This document shows, in pieces, positions 11,040 through 24,103 of a stretch of DNA of 64,000 bases. The stretch covers positions 248,001 through 312,000 of the forward strand of contig JAQGDQ010000182.1 in NCBI GenBank assembly GCA_030141605.1, written 5' to 3'. This DNA comes from Tubiluchus corallicola. Its lineage: Eukaryota; Animalia; Priapulida. Numbering within the stretch: the stretch's first letter is position 1; every line of letters begins with the position of its first letter. The position numbers were made by a program, and so were the translations under genes. The notes beneath the pieces are model-generated. The model ran no database searches. It had not been told where the DNA came from and saw only the letters and a list, made by a program, of their open reading frames with translations.

Positions 11040-11900
11040 CACAGGGTTTCTTGTTGCCATTGTGGCAACCTGGGGTCTAGTATATATTTTTCAGGATTGT
11101 TTTTCCAATATCTATCGAGACAAGACTTAAACTGGGCACGATGGGAGGCTTGAACTACATGGTCAGGCAGAGTGTTCTACTCGTTAATTTACTCGCCTTA
11201 GCAAATGTGAATCCTCTCCACCTTTGGGGAAGTGTTCTCTTCTTGATTTTGTAGAAGTGACCTCTGGTACCATGATATGTCTGTCGATGGAAACATATTT
11301 CACTGTTGATGGTTTCTATACCTTTAAGAATATGAAATGTTTGGATGAAATCATGTCTTTTGCATCTGTACTTTAGAGTTGTAAGGCCCAGAATCCTAAG
11401 TCTTGCAACATATGGTAAATGAGAAATGGCAGGTACAAGTCTAGTAGTTCGACATTGTATACTTTCAATTTTCCTTATCATGTCTAGACGATTTGGGCTC
11501 CAAATCACATCACCATAATCCAATATAGGACGAACCATTGATTTATATAGCTTGGTCACCATAGATCTGTCAAGGTAGGAGAAATTACGTTTGATCAAAG
11601 TCAGTCTTGCATGTGCTTTATTGACAACGTTGTTTATATGTGTTTGAAAATTAAGCATGCTGTCGATGGTGATAACCAGATCTTTTTCTTCTGTGATGCT
11701 TATAATTTCTTTAGAACCTTGTCCATGTGCCATTTTATATGTACGACCTGCAGTATCATGCCTTCCAGTAGTAAGGAGCTTACATTTTTCGGTGTTAAAT
11801 TCCATTTGCAAACAGGCTCTTACCGCAGTTGAAAACTTCAGGAAGATCATTTATGTAAATAGTGAATAAAATAGGACCAAGCAAGCTTCCTTGTGGTATT
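11040..11900 (-). mobile_element. 5'-truncated, decayed CR1 LINE fragment (RT C-terminal part)
   Basis: Minus strand reads IPQGSLLGPILFTIYINDL (11850-11900), then FNTEKCKLL, LYKSMVRPILDYGDVIWSP, IESIQCRTTRLV and TRGHFYKI, all typical CR1 ORF2 motifs; frameshifted. Confidence 0.9.
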
Positions 11901-12599
11901 TTAAGAATTTCATTTTCTTGCAAAACTTTTACGGTTACTGTCCATGGGTAGTAGTTAGAGGAAAGGCCAAGCCTTCTCGGCAGGGAGGTTTATTTCGATG
12001 TTCGTTAAAAATATTATGAAGATTTAGTAACAAAATTGTGTTGAGAACTTCGTATAATTAATATTCAGGTCGCGATCATTTCACGCTCGGCAGCTTCCAT
12101 TTTTAACGACCATTCTTCCACCAATGAATTCGTTCATCAGCTGAAAGCGCAGCTCAATGTCAATTCCTATCAAAAGTATAATAAGTTTCTACAAAAAAAT
12201 ATGGTAGTTATTGTGATTTTTATGCACGAGTATTAGGTACGCTACAAAAGCAGGAATTAGTTTAAGCCATGTGCACGTAAGGCCATGATTTGCTTATGAA
12301 GAGTCACAAAATCCACCAGCTACATTATAATATTCAGGTAAATCAGGCAGGCCAGCATGCCTGAAAATTTTATACAGCAGTAGTATAAATTAAATTTATG
12401 CTTTATAAACAGTTCTTTTACAGATTTCTTTGTTATGTTTTTCTAAGTATAAATGATAACAGTAAAATAAACTTAACATGCTGAGTGACTTGTCCTTTCC
12501 TTTATGTTCTAAGTTTATGAACCGCTCAAATCTTCTTCGTTTCTGTACTTGTCACGGACTGCTGCAAGGCATCTTAGAATCCATTTGGCAGTTGAGACA

Positions 12600-14290
12600 G
12601 TTTGGAATTAACAAACTTTTCTGGATTGTGCTGCCAATATCAATCTGATTGTGACTTGAACTGAGAAGGATTAATAGCTTGGATTATATTTTCTGGTAAC
12701 TTATTCCATTCAACCTCCAGCATCGAAAATAACTCTCATTTTCTGCTCCGTCTACTGGAGACTGCTCTTTTTATTTTGTATGCATACCTGAGAGTAACAC
12801 TAACATGGTATGTGAGCACTAGAAACATATTACTAGCATCAATGCAATTAAAGCTTTTTAAGATCTGGAATGTTTGCATCATGTCCTATATTTTAAAGTA
12901 TCCCTGCCTCTGTCAACAATGATGCCCAAGTCCTTTTGATCAATGACATTTTTAATTTCTTCATGGCCCTTCCTTGTGTCTTTGAGTGTTTATGAGCTGC
13001 AACATCTGGTCTTCTAATGGTTAATGTTTTGCATATGTTGATGTAAAAATTCTTTTGCCACTCATCGATCCACTTGATCATACGGATGGCACGAATCTGA
13101 AATTACCAAATCCAAATCTCATTTTATAATAATTTTCGAAAATCTGAATCAAATTCGAATCTCGATTTTCTTAGCTATAATCTGTAAACTAAATCTTATG
13201 CGAATGTTTGGGTGTGCCGTTACATGCTGTCGATAAAAAAATCTGGGTGAAAAAAGCCATGTTCGTCTAAACCACATTATATCTAAATTGCTAGAGTAAC
13301 ACAAGAAATCTTAGCATTTTTGTTGACAGTAGCAGTTAAAATCATAATGTGGTACACGCTTTCACGTAGGATTTCATGTTTTGAACACTAAATATGACCA
13401 GTGCATTTATCAAGTAGCACAAAATTATCAAAAAAGACAGCAAATTAAGCATTTTGCTAAAAAATTTAAAAGTGTATAATTGCCTTCGTAATAAAGCACT
13501 ACAGAATTCCTTCTGCAGTTGAAACTAAACAAAATTTCAGAAAATTCTGCCGAATTGGTTCGGATCTAAAGCAAGAGTAAAGTAATCTTAGAACTTCAGC
13601 GAACCGAAGGAACCAAAGCTATGATTCAGCTTCTGAAGCTCCGGTTCTGTCAGAGCATCTTGACATCCCTACTCTTAATATTGTCTTGCAAGTGCTCATA
13701 ATCATTACGACAACAGACCTTATCATATATTTTTGTGCTGTCTGCAAATAAACTGATGCCACAAGTGAAGACTTGAGTTGATGTAGATCGAAACACCACA
13801 CGTCCTAGCACACTGCCTTGCTATATACTGCTGATATCATTTGTGCAATTTGGTGTATGTCCATCAACTATAACACATTTGTTTCTTCCCACAGAGAAAA
13901 TTTCTGTTCTAAGTTAATAAACGTCTTTCAGTTCCATAATAAATTTTGCATCTAATTTACTGAGTAGTGTTAAGTGAGGATCTCTCCAAATTTGCTTTTT
14001 GAAGATAGTAGATACTTTTGCACGTTTCCAAATTGCTGGTAAAATGGTAAAATTACCTGTTGCCAGACAGATTCATAATATGTATAGGATAGATTAGACA
14101 ATAGACGGTCTTCATTCTCCTTTATAACATTAGTATGTATCCTGTATGGTGCCATTGCTGCACTACCCTTCATGTACTTAATTTTTGTTCTTAGTTCAGT
14201 TTCTGTTACATAAGGTACATCAAGCATGTGTTCCATTATTCCTGACAAATGAGGAATATCGGTTGCATCTTCACATGTAAAAATGTAAGG
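12600..14290 (-). mobile_element. Second, more decayed CR1 ORF2 remnant, split by a MITE
   Basis: WNKLPENIIQA near 12690, IKWIDEWQ at ~13080, LFADSTKIY at ~13725-13750 and VTETELRTKI..APYRIHTNVIKE at 14120-14210; many stops. Confidence 0.75.
13081..13671. mobile_element. hAT-like MITE nested in the CR1 RT
   Basis: Ends tacggatg ... catcccta (TAGGGATG-type hAT termini), subterminal gaatc/ccgaa repeats, and the CR1 reading frame resumes on both sides. TSD not recognisable. Confidence 0.6.
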
Positions 14291-15659
14291 TCAGGATTAG
14301 TATAAACCTTTTTGCGTTTTTTATGCAAAACAGAGGAAAAGAAGTTCTGAAGGTTCATAGCATAAATTAGGCTCAAAGTTTGATATTTGACAAAACAATT
14401 TTAGACTTTAGTTAATGTTCTGTTCCACACGGTTATTATACATGTTGCTACTCTGACGCTTTACTTAGTTGAACTAATATGTATATCATCATAGTTAGAT
14501 TTTTGCTGATCAGGATTAGTGACATCATTATTATACACATTACTTATACTACATTTAAATTGTATTTACATATCAATTTTCATTGGATTTGATTTGTCAC
14601 TTTATAAGACTGACAGTTAACATGAATCTTGTTAGCAGCGGTGTATGATATCAATTTTTCATTCTGGCAGACAATTTATTTTTGGTCATGGGACTGTAAG
14701 TGTTGACAGGTTACTTCTAATGATAAGTGATTTCTCTTCGGTTCGATGGATGCTTGTCTTGTTATTTTTCTCAGGAACGCTTATTATTGACTCCATAACA
14801 GTTGCACGAGAAGACTCTTCATCGTTATTTGATGTGCGACCTCAATACTTGGACTAGCTTTGGTTAATGGCCCATTTTCATCCTTATTGTTACTTTCTTG
14901 TAGTTGGTCTATTTGGTTTCTGCACATTTTTACTTTCTCGCCATTATTTTGTCTAGCTTTTAATTTACTCATTTTTACTCACTTTTTTATTTTTCATGCA
15001 CTCATTAATATAATCCTTTTTGCATCCATGTTTTTATGCACATCTTTTGCCAGCCTAAGTACCTGCCATTTTGACCTGAATGTAGAAGGCATATTTGGAC
15101 AGTGACAGATGATTTGGTGGTGGTTTTGGATATATCTTCCAGTGCTATAGATTCTACAGTTTTAATACTTACTTCAGAACCATTCATCTTACTACACATT
15201 GTTAGCATCTTGTGATAAATGATAAGCCATAAACAGTAATGCAATTTTTTTTGCTTCTGTATTTTTTCATTAAATTCTTCAAAAAACTTCTTTCTTCCAA
15301 GCAGCTCATGAGCTCAGATTTCAAAGGTATTATAATATATCAGTGTAGTATCAAATCATACAGGCCTAATTTAACAAACTACTTGATAGGCATTTAATTG
15401 GTAGATGGAGTGGGTGGGGATTAGTGTTCTGTAGTAACTGACTGAACACAAATTTACATTAGACCCCGACATTTAGATATTTGCATTTATTTTCACTTTT
15501 GTTCTGTGTGCACGTGTCCCCTATCCTGTTGATGTAATGGAATTTTCAAGTTTGTGCAAAATAAAAAGTATCAAAAGTGGGTTGTCTCCGACAGTTTTAT
15601 TTAAATCAGTTTATTATTTGTCTTTACAGAAAAACAACAATATTAGATTTGCCAGTAAA

Positions 15660-18600
15660 ATGTCGACATTAAACCTTGATAAACTGATAGAAGTCAATAA
15701 AGATGAATGGTTGAACCGCTTGGAAAGTCTTAACATACAAAGAGCTGATATGAACAGGCTCATTATGGACTACCTGGTTACAGGTGAGTAATAACAATAA
15801 TAATTGTTATTTAATAACAATTATAATTAGTACAGGTAAGTGATTGGTGAGTCTAGTAGGGCTAAACAGTTCATTTAGTGTCACTTTGTGTTTTGTTCCA
15901 ACCTTGCTAATTAGTAAAACTCTGTCCTTATTGCATCTCATGGTTAAAATTGGAGGTTTCATTTTATTGTGTATGGATCAAATTTAGTAACAAATTCCTT
16001 GAGTTGAATTCACTCTGGAAAATGACTGTCTCTGAAAAGACTCAGCCAAATTTATGTCAGATGGAGCATAGCAGCTGCACAGACCTAGCTCTTCAACCTG
16101 ATATTTGATGATATGAGTCGAAATGATAGTTTTCATTTTTTTAAAATTCTGAAGTGACTTTAGTTGCATTTGCTTAAAAATAATTTTCGACTCCACGAAA
16201 CTCATTTTGATAATATTGTTATTAGCTTTAAACAAAACTCAAACATGAGAAATTTTAGAGCAATGCAATATAAAAATACTGCATTAATTATTCTTTGACA
16301 GCGCATTATCAAATATGGTTCTGTCAGCTTTTCCCCGAAAATGGATTTTCTCAAACACAGTTGCAAATTATGCAGTGTAGATGGTATCTCTTCTAATTCA
16401 TGTTCATTTGTAAGCTATTTGCTAAATAAGTCACTTATGCTCTGCTACATTTTTTGCTACACTTGTGTTAGGCCATCATTAGACACTTAGGTTTTAGTCA
16501 GGTGTTGTAAAAGAGAGTCCAAAACCACTGGATATATATATATAATATATAATAGGATTATATAAGAACTTAGGGAATAGGCTTGCAATTATTATGTATA
16601 TGTATATATATATATATATAGCTTATTCTTATTCTTCTGTAAATTCTTCTAAACTAATAAGTTATATAATAACACGTGTATAAGACTTGTGCTCAATCAA
16701 GTCTTCTGTATTTAAGAGCTTTTTTGATGTCATTATTTCTAGAGGGTTTTAAGGAAGCTGCAGAGAAGTTTCGCATGGAATCTGGCATCCAGCCACCAAT
16801 CATGGATCTAAATACACTGGATCAACGTATCCACATTCGTGATGCAATTCAGATTGGAAGAATTCAAGAAGCCATCTCACTAGTGAACAAACTTCATCCA
16901 GAACTATTGGACAATGACAGAAATCTTTATTTTCACTTACAGGTACATGTTTTATACTTATGCAGCAGACTGTGTTATCAAAATATAGAAACCACAAGAA
17001 GTAATGAAACTTCTACTGAGCAGTGGTTTGTAGTAATAATAAAATTAGCTTATAGTAATTAAGAGGACTTCAGATTGTCACCTATTACTTACTGGCTATT
17101 GTATCATGGTATTCTGAGCAGAAATATGGTAAGTCCATGTCTGAAAATTCAATCATAATGTACAGTCCATTCTTAATACCGTCATTATTTCTATATCAAA
17201 CATTTTTATTTCTTGCATTTTTACTCAGCAACAACATCTCATAGAACTGATTAGAAAGAAGAATGTAGAAGAGGCATTGCAGTTTGCACAGCTGCATCTA
17301 GCAGAGCGAGGGGAGGCTGACCCCGAGATATTAAATGAGTTAGAAAGAACATTAGCTTTGCTGGCCTTTGAAGATCCTGAAAGTTCACCGTTTGGAGAAT
17401 TGTTACATCCGTCACAAAGACAAAAGGTTGGTTGATACTATGTCATGGAAATTTACGTTGTGTTTTTGTTATAAGATTAGTGATGGGTTACAAGATAAAC
17501 TGATTAATTTATTTGATTGATTGTAATCTATTTGGGCTTTCATCTCCGATTATCGATTATTTTTTTGAATTGTTGATGCATTTATTCACTGTGTATTTGC
17601 TTGTGTACTCACTGTGCTTGTGCACATTATGGGCAATGTTTACCATTGTTTTCTCGACTTTTCACTTGTGAATTTCCTATGTTTTCGTCTGTCTACTTGT
17701 CCCACAATAATCTTCCACTGCCCCCAGTGGTTTAATTTAAATATGAAGAAATGGATAAGTGCGAGTACTATATGTCCTGGGGCCAAATGTAGGCCAAAAA
17801 AGCATTATTGATAAGCAAAAAATCTTACATATGTCCTAATGACTACAAGTTGGCACCCCAGCAATAGGCCCAAGAGACAATTATAGAAGCATCTAAGATC
17901 GAGGTAGTTGCTAGAGAGAAGGAGTGTTTCAGTGAAAAGCAACAGGGCCCCACAAACATTTGAAAAGTTGGACTTCTAAAATGTCAATTCTATTAGAATT
18001 TTTATAACTTATATACAGTTACTATCATAAGACATGTTTTCTATTATTGTTACATACTCACTTATAAATGATAGTCTTTATACACACCAAGCACACTTGG
18101 AATTAAGTGATTTAAAACTGTTTTGCTTAGCAAGATAATTCTACCTTATTTTAGAATGTGTTCCACAAGATTTCTTAGAACTATGCTAAGAAAGGAACCC
18201 TTCATTTTGTTTGGCTCACTGTTTCTATCACTTTGCTAGAACTTGAAAAGTATCATTCTGCAAAATATGTTACAGATCTAGGTTCTTCTTATGTCTGATG
18301 TTGCTTAAGTACAAGGCCATTTACTGGAGTAACTATAATAGTATAATTTGCAGCCAACCACAAATCAATGCATCAGCAAGATAACACTTTTAAGTTTAAA
18401 CTGTTACGTAGTGAAATTTTAGTGCTGCAGCTTGGTAGGGCTTGGAAGGCTGGCCTATTTGTAGAGCGAGATCGCCACAACAACATTACTGAATGTACGT
18501 ATGCGTACAATAGTTACACCTGGATGTTCTGCTGCTGCTACGTGATAGGTAGCGACAAATTGCAGTGTATGGAGGTGCGAAAAAAATATGACCTCAAGTA

Positions 18601-19049
18601 ATGATTATGTTGTAAAAGTCTGATGAGTATTATAATGTGGAACAGTTTTGTCATATTTGCTAATAAGAAAGAAATATCAAAACTTTTTCTACTAAATTTT
18701 AAGAAAAATTACTTTTAAGTAAAAATTTGTGTCCTCTGCCAGAAGAAGTGTCCCCGGACTGTTTGTCAGTCCACCAAGGTTTTCCAGCCTTGGCATCATT
18801 ATTTAGTAGTATATCTTTTGATATTATTCTTATTTAACAATTCTGCAAAATACTTGATTGTTTGTATTTTAGGTTGCCAGTGAACTTAATGCCGCCATCT
18901 TACAAATGGAAAGTCGAGAGTCGACGCCAAAACTCGCTAATTTGCTAAAGTTGTTGATGTGGGCTCAGAGTGAACTAGATAACAAGAAAATCAAATATCC
19001 TAAAATGACTGATTTTTCAAAAGGTGAACTAGAATTACCACCCAAGTGA
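15660..19049 (+). CDS. GID8: GID/CTLH E3 ligase complex subunit GID8 (TWA1), 232 aa; exons 15660-15783, 16743-16942, 17229-17426, 18873-19049
   Basis: LisH ([29 protein letters not shown]), CTLH ([26 protein letters not shown]) and CRA ([45 protein letters not shown]). All introns GT-AG with matching phases. Confidence 0.96.
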
Positions 19050-21239
19050 CTAGTTGGGAAAGAGCGCGATGTGTTGGCGGACTTTCTTTCATTCTCATTA
19101 TGATACTGGTGCAGTTTTTTGCATAAATTTGGACATCTGCGTGTTTTCGACTGACCAGCTTTAATGCAAATTGGTTTCATTCGTGACTGCTCATAAACTA
19201 GACTGAAGTTTTTTAGTTTTACTTTTGAGAACACAGTTCATCTCAAAACGCTAGATAACATGATTTTCATACTAATCTTTTATTTGGTTTGTAACTTATT
19301 TTAATGTCTCTTGGATCATACAGTTTTATCAGCGTTTGACTTAATTTTTGAATTGGCTTACGTGAACTTTTACTGCTTGTTGTTTATCATACTTGATCCT
19401 GCTGTTTAATCTTCCATGACTACAAACATTTGAACTTGTTTGTTCAAAGTAACAATACCAAAATTTACTATAGGCCTGAGTGTAGAAGTGACATTAATTG
19501 CTGCAGTGCTAAGCGTAAATAATGCTTAGATGAATTATGACCTTTATGTTGATAGAAAATAACTTTCAAATTCTTTGTACTGGAATTGAATGCATAGCCT
19601 TTTGATTGCTGATCAGATATCTTAACCATCACATCACTAAGATGTCAATTTGGTTACTGTTAAAAATAGATTATTTTGTTTCCTGGTGTAAGTCCATTGT
19701 AAGCAAATGAAGATTGAGTTTTCAATTAGCGATGGTGCTGCAGTACACAAATGATATTAGATTTCGCAGATATGCAAAACTAATTTATAGCATTTATATA
19801 TAATCATTGTACTATTCATTTTTGTAAATAGTGAACTGTGAATATAAGACGTTGTACAGGTGTGTTTTTTCGCAGATCGGTTATGATTTAATAGCAATTT
19901 CAAAAATTTGTCACTGAAACAATTCTAGATTAACATATTTGTTTTGTTCTGCTGCTGAATTTTCTAGACATCAGCTAGACAAGATTTGCAGAATGTGGAT
20001 CTGCAAATTTGCAGTAAATTGAAAAGAATTCTCTCGATTTTTTGTTGTTAAACTTATATTTATACAATTACAGTTACTGTGCTGGGGTGTTAAGTGCATT
20101 GCCCTATTGTGACGGGCATATCACATCTCAATCTAATTTGATTTTGATATGCAGTGTTTGATAGCACAATCTGACATTAATCATCTATACGAGTGGTTAT
20201 CATTTTTCTAATAACAATAATAAATGTTTCAAGCAAGGTCTAGAACTCTAGATTGTTTCATTCCATGTTATTTTATGTAACGCCCCTTAAACCTACTGAA
20301 GAAAAGTTGTATGACAGTTTCAAAATTTACATGATTATGGACTTACATTTTTGCAAGATGTGCTCACAAATATTATTTTGTGGTCAATTAGTACATGTAA
20401 TCCTGAAATTTTTATGTACATATCGGTCCTGTAAACACTAGTTTTTTTTTCAGATTTACTTGACAAGTTTTATATGGGCATTGATATAACATTTGTAAAC
20501 AAGTTTTATAACCGCAGTGCTGATGAATATGAGCGAGATTTTCTCTCCTCTGTTTTGTTATATGGAGAGTTTTTTAAGAAAACTATTGTACACATTTCGT
20601 GTTATTTGCTAAAGGACAGTGATTTTTTTGGTCGACCTTCTAATGAACAAATAATGTATACACTTATTATTTGGATTTCAGTTCCTATTATATTGCCTAA
20701 AACAAATTTGTTCTTAAATTTTGATAATATTATATCATTTTCATTTGCAAGTTTGTAACGAACCTCACATTTCTTTGCTAAGGCCTAAAAATATGTCAGT
20801 CAGTGATACTCTAACTACTTGATCTGTTTTATTTTACGCTTTCTAGTTCTTTTTTCTTAGGATTGCCATGAAATTATTATTCTGGAAGTTGTTGTAAACA
20901 GTCATTGGAGGATTTTAATAGAAGTTTGACAGACAGCATGTACAGTAATTTAAAACAATTAATTATTTAGCAATTTTTCAAAAGCACAAAAGCAAAAAAC
21001 ATGTAAGATGCATTATTAAACCAGTAATTAATAGGCTGCATTGTGGAATTCGATTTTTGCAGGATCAGTGTTTCTTTTTTTAAACAAAGACAGTTATGTG
21101 AATGATAATGCAAAATACCACAAAACTGACAGATTTACATACCAAAATTTTCCAATTTGTATTTAACAATTTTGGACTTTCGAGCCCAACTCTACCTCTT
21201 TTGTAATGTTCTTTGGAGTTTTCTGAGGTGTACTGTATT

Positions 21240-21400
21240 GCTGTTGGTGCTTTTGTTGGTTAATTTTGTTGCGATTTTGCAGTGCTGCTGACATTGCTGC
21301 CGTAATTTTTGGCTTTGTCTTGTTGTGGGTGGTGTTGATCTAGTTGTTGTTGGTGCTGCTGTTTTGCTGTTATTTTTTGTTTTTGTTGTTACTGTAGATT
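21240..21400. repeat. Degenerate (TGT/TGC)n tract, with a similar GT-rich patch at 21560-21660
   Basis: gttggtgcttttgttgg...gttgttgttggtgctgctgttttgctgtt. Confidence 0.55.
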
Positions 21401-21849
21401 ACCGTAGGTCCACAGGGCGAAGCCTGTAAGTAGACTATTTGCCCATAGTTGTCTCTCTTACTAAACCTCTGTTAATTGATTTATCACACGTTTTCAGTCT
21501 CGCGTTTTACATTTATGTTATTTCTAAAGTTGTCTCTCAAGTGGGAGTGCCGCCTAGCGGCAGTTGTGGTATCGTGAGGAAGCAAGGTTAGTTGTGGTAT
21601 GGCACACAGTTGTTGGTGGTGATGGTGATAGTGAGGCTGTTGCCACTGGTGGTGCATGGCGAACATAGCTTTAAATGACATGCATGTGCCAGAGAGATTG
21701 CTAGCCTCGAGTAAAAGATCAAGCCATAATGGGCGCCATACTGTTACAGGTTAGTGCATTCATAAAAATCCCATACTTTTCGACAAGTAATTGTCAATTA
21801 AAGACTTAAACTTTAGTTTGTTCCAAGATAATTATTTGTTCTTTGGACT

Positions 21850-21863
21850 GTTGCGTTGGAAAC
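21850..21863 (+). promoter_or_regulatory. Candidate RFX X-box GTTGCGTTGGAAAC in the presumed NEK11 promoter
   Basis: 12/14 match to GTTGCCATGGAAAC, in a CpG-richer patch between the GID8 3' end and the first NEK11 coding exon. Confidence 0.4.
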
Positions 21864-22599
21864 AATGAGTGTCATGTTGTGCGATTTCTAATGGCTCGAT
21901 TATGTTATGTAGGCTAGCGATCTGTCTGTGCGCCTACGTGGCATACGTAGTAATGGGCGTTAAAGGAATCCAAATTCTCTCAAATGATTCATGAACGTAG
22001 GCTATTGAAACTTCAACATCATGCCAACATGGAAGCACGATCAATAATAATGTAAATTAAACTTCGAACATGAATTTTGATTTCTAAATACTAAAAGTGT
22101 CTCAAATTAACATTGTTACACCACAGTAAGTAATTAAGCTGCTGGAAATGCTCATGCGATTTGGCTTAGTTATGGCAGAACATAGCAGGCGCTAAATTCA
22201 AAATAAAGTAAAATGCACTTCTAAAGACCAAGTTGATTGCCATGACTAGTTGATACAATATTAGTAGTAATAATTGTACATCCCGTTTTTCATCTTGTAT
22301 TTTAATAATAAATTTCGTTGCTCATCTAGTCTACCTATTGGGACCTACCTTTCGATATGATGATATTTGTTATTTTTTATAATTTTGTACTTTTTATGCA
22401 ATTATTTTCAAGAATTAGTACTATAGTAGTGCCTAGTGGTACATAGCCTTGTTCGTTATTACATAATCCTGCACTAATTTAAGAAAATGTTGTTACCATT
22501 GTTATTTTGATTTAATATTTTATTTCAAACTTTACAGAGTTCATATAAACATCACAGACTAATGGCAATGCACGAATACAATAAATTAATGGTACGACA

Positions 22600-23460
22600 G
22601 TAACACAAATAATAATTAATGACATAGCAAACTTCGCCACTGACGTCTTATTTGAGACGAAAGGTTTACATCACTGTTTAAAATGCTCTTGTATGTAATT
22701 TTTCACTTTTATTAAGCCTGGCGTATAAACTGGGTGCACATTTTCTGTAAGTCAATCAAAATAAACAAGATAAAGTCCGATAAAATATAACCCAGAAAGT
22801 TTTCTTTTATACTAGCTACCAAACTTTTACACTGCAAAACAACAGACCCGAAAGTAAACTGCTGCACATGGGCAGAGCAAAATATGACAAGTTTAGTTTT
22901 ATTCACATTTACAAGAGTATCATATTCGCTTCCAAATTTATTAAAAATATCTAGCAGTCTCTGTAAGGCTGTCATGGTTGTTGCTAAATGACATATGTCA
23001 TCAGCATACATCAAGTGATTAATGCAGCCTTTAAGAATATGACAACCCACACCCGAGTTAGTAAGTTAAGCACTAAGGTTTTTAAACTAGAAGTCGAATA
23101 ATATTAGAGACATTTTTCCACTTTGACAAATTCTGTTATTTACTGTAAAAGTATCAGAGTTAAATTTGTCCCATCTAATCAACATATGTTATTCTATGTA
23201 ATAAAAAAGCAGAAGTCTAATTACTGCATTTGGTAGATTAGTTTTTTAGGAAATTTAGTGATTTAGGAAAAGTTTGAGGTAGTTACTCTGTCGAACGCAT
23301 TTGAGGCATCAATAAACAGAATGTGTACAGTGCCTTTTAGGACTAATGTAATAGTCAAGCACCTCTTTTAAAATATGGATGCACATCTCTGTGCCTAAGT
23401 TTTCAACAAAACCAAACTGCTTTTGCATGGTACTCAAACAAGAACTGAAGCGATTTAAAA
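22600..23460 (-). mobile_element. Decayed non-LTR retrotransposon RT fragment (tentatively RTE-X/L2-group)
   Basis: Minus strand gives QFGFVENLGTEMCIHILKE, FIDASNAFDRVN and GCHILKGCINHLMYADDICHLA..LQRLLD..NVNKTK; multiple disruptions. Confidence 0.8.
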
Positions 23461-23788
23461 GCAGTATTTCTATAACTTTGCTTCCTACAAATTAATGAGT
23501 GATAGGCCTATAGTTGTTTTTGTCTGTAATTTCCCCATTTATATATTTAACAAGAGGGACTAGTACAGATAACATTAACAAATGCCGTATGTAACCGTGT
23601 GTTACACAGGATGTGAATAGAAGCTCCAACATGATTGGCAGCAAATGGGTGCATTACGGAAATGTTCACCTTTAAGTCTGTCTGAACCAGCTGATTTATG
23701 TAAGGAAAGCTTGGCAATTGCCTCTTGTTCTTCAAAAACTGTAAATGTATTAATAGGCATTATACTATGGCTCAGAACGTGTTATATG

Positions 23789-24032
23789 TGCATTAAGACC
23801 TGTAATGTCAACTGAATATAGCAAATTTTTATAATGATTACCCCAGATTGCACAAGTGTCGCAGTGTTAGCAGTGTTGATCACTGCTTTCTATACAATTT
23901 AAAAGAAATATCTTATATTTTATTTGCATTAAAACCTGTATTGTCAACTGAATTTAACAAATATTTGTAATGATTACCCCACATTGCACATGTGTCGTAG
24001 TGTTAGCATTGTCGATCACTGCTTTCTATACA
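23789..24032 (+). repeat. Tandem duplication, two 108-bp copies (23789-23896, 23925-24032)
   Basis: tgcattaa(g/a)acctgta..gtcaactgaat..aatgattacccca..gatcactgctttctataca occurs twice, roughly 85-90% identical. Confidence 0.92.
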
Positions 24033-24103
24033 TTCTTCATTTTGTAACTTTGAGCTTTGACAAATGTTTCAGCTCTACTTTCGATAATGTTAAGTTGTGA
24101 TGC

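Noticed and set aside
11053-11069. Palindrome GTTGCCA-TTG-TGGCAAC resembling an RFX site
   Set aside because: Half-site spacing is too long for an X-box and it lies at the 3' end of a CR1 fragment, so a LINE 3' stem-loop is more likely.
23855-23890. CAGTGT-containing hairpin resembling an iron-responsive element
   Set aside because: No 5-bp upper stem with bulged C, the loop is changed in the second copy, and the site is intronic.
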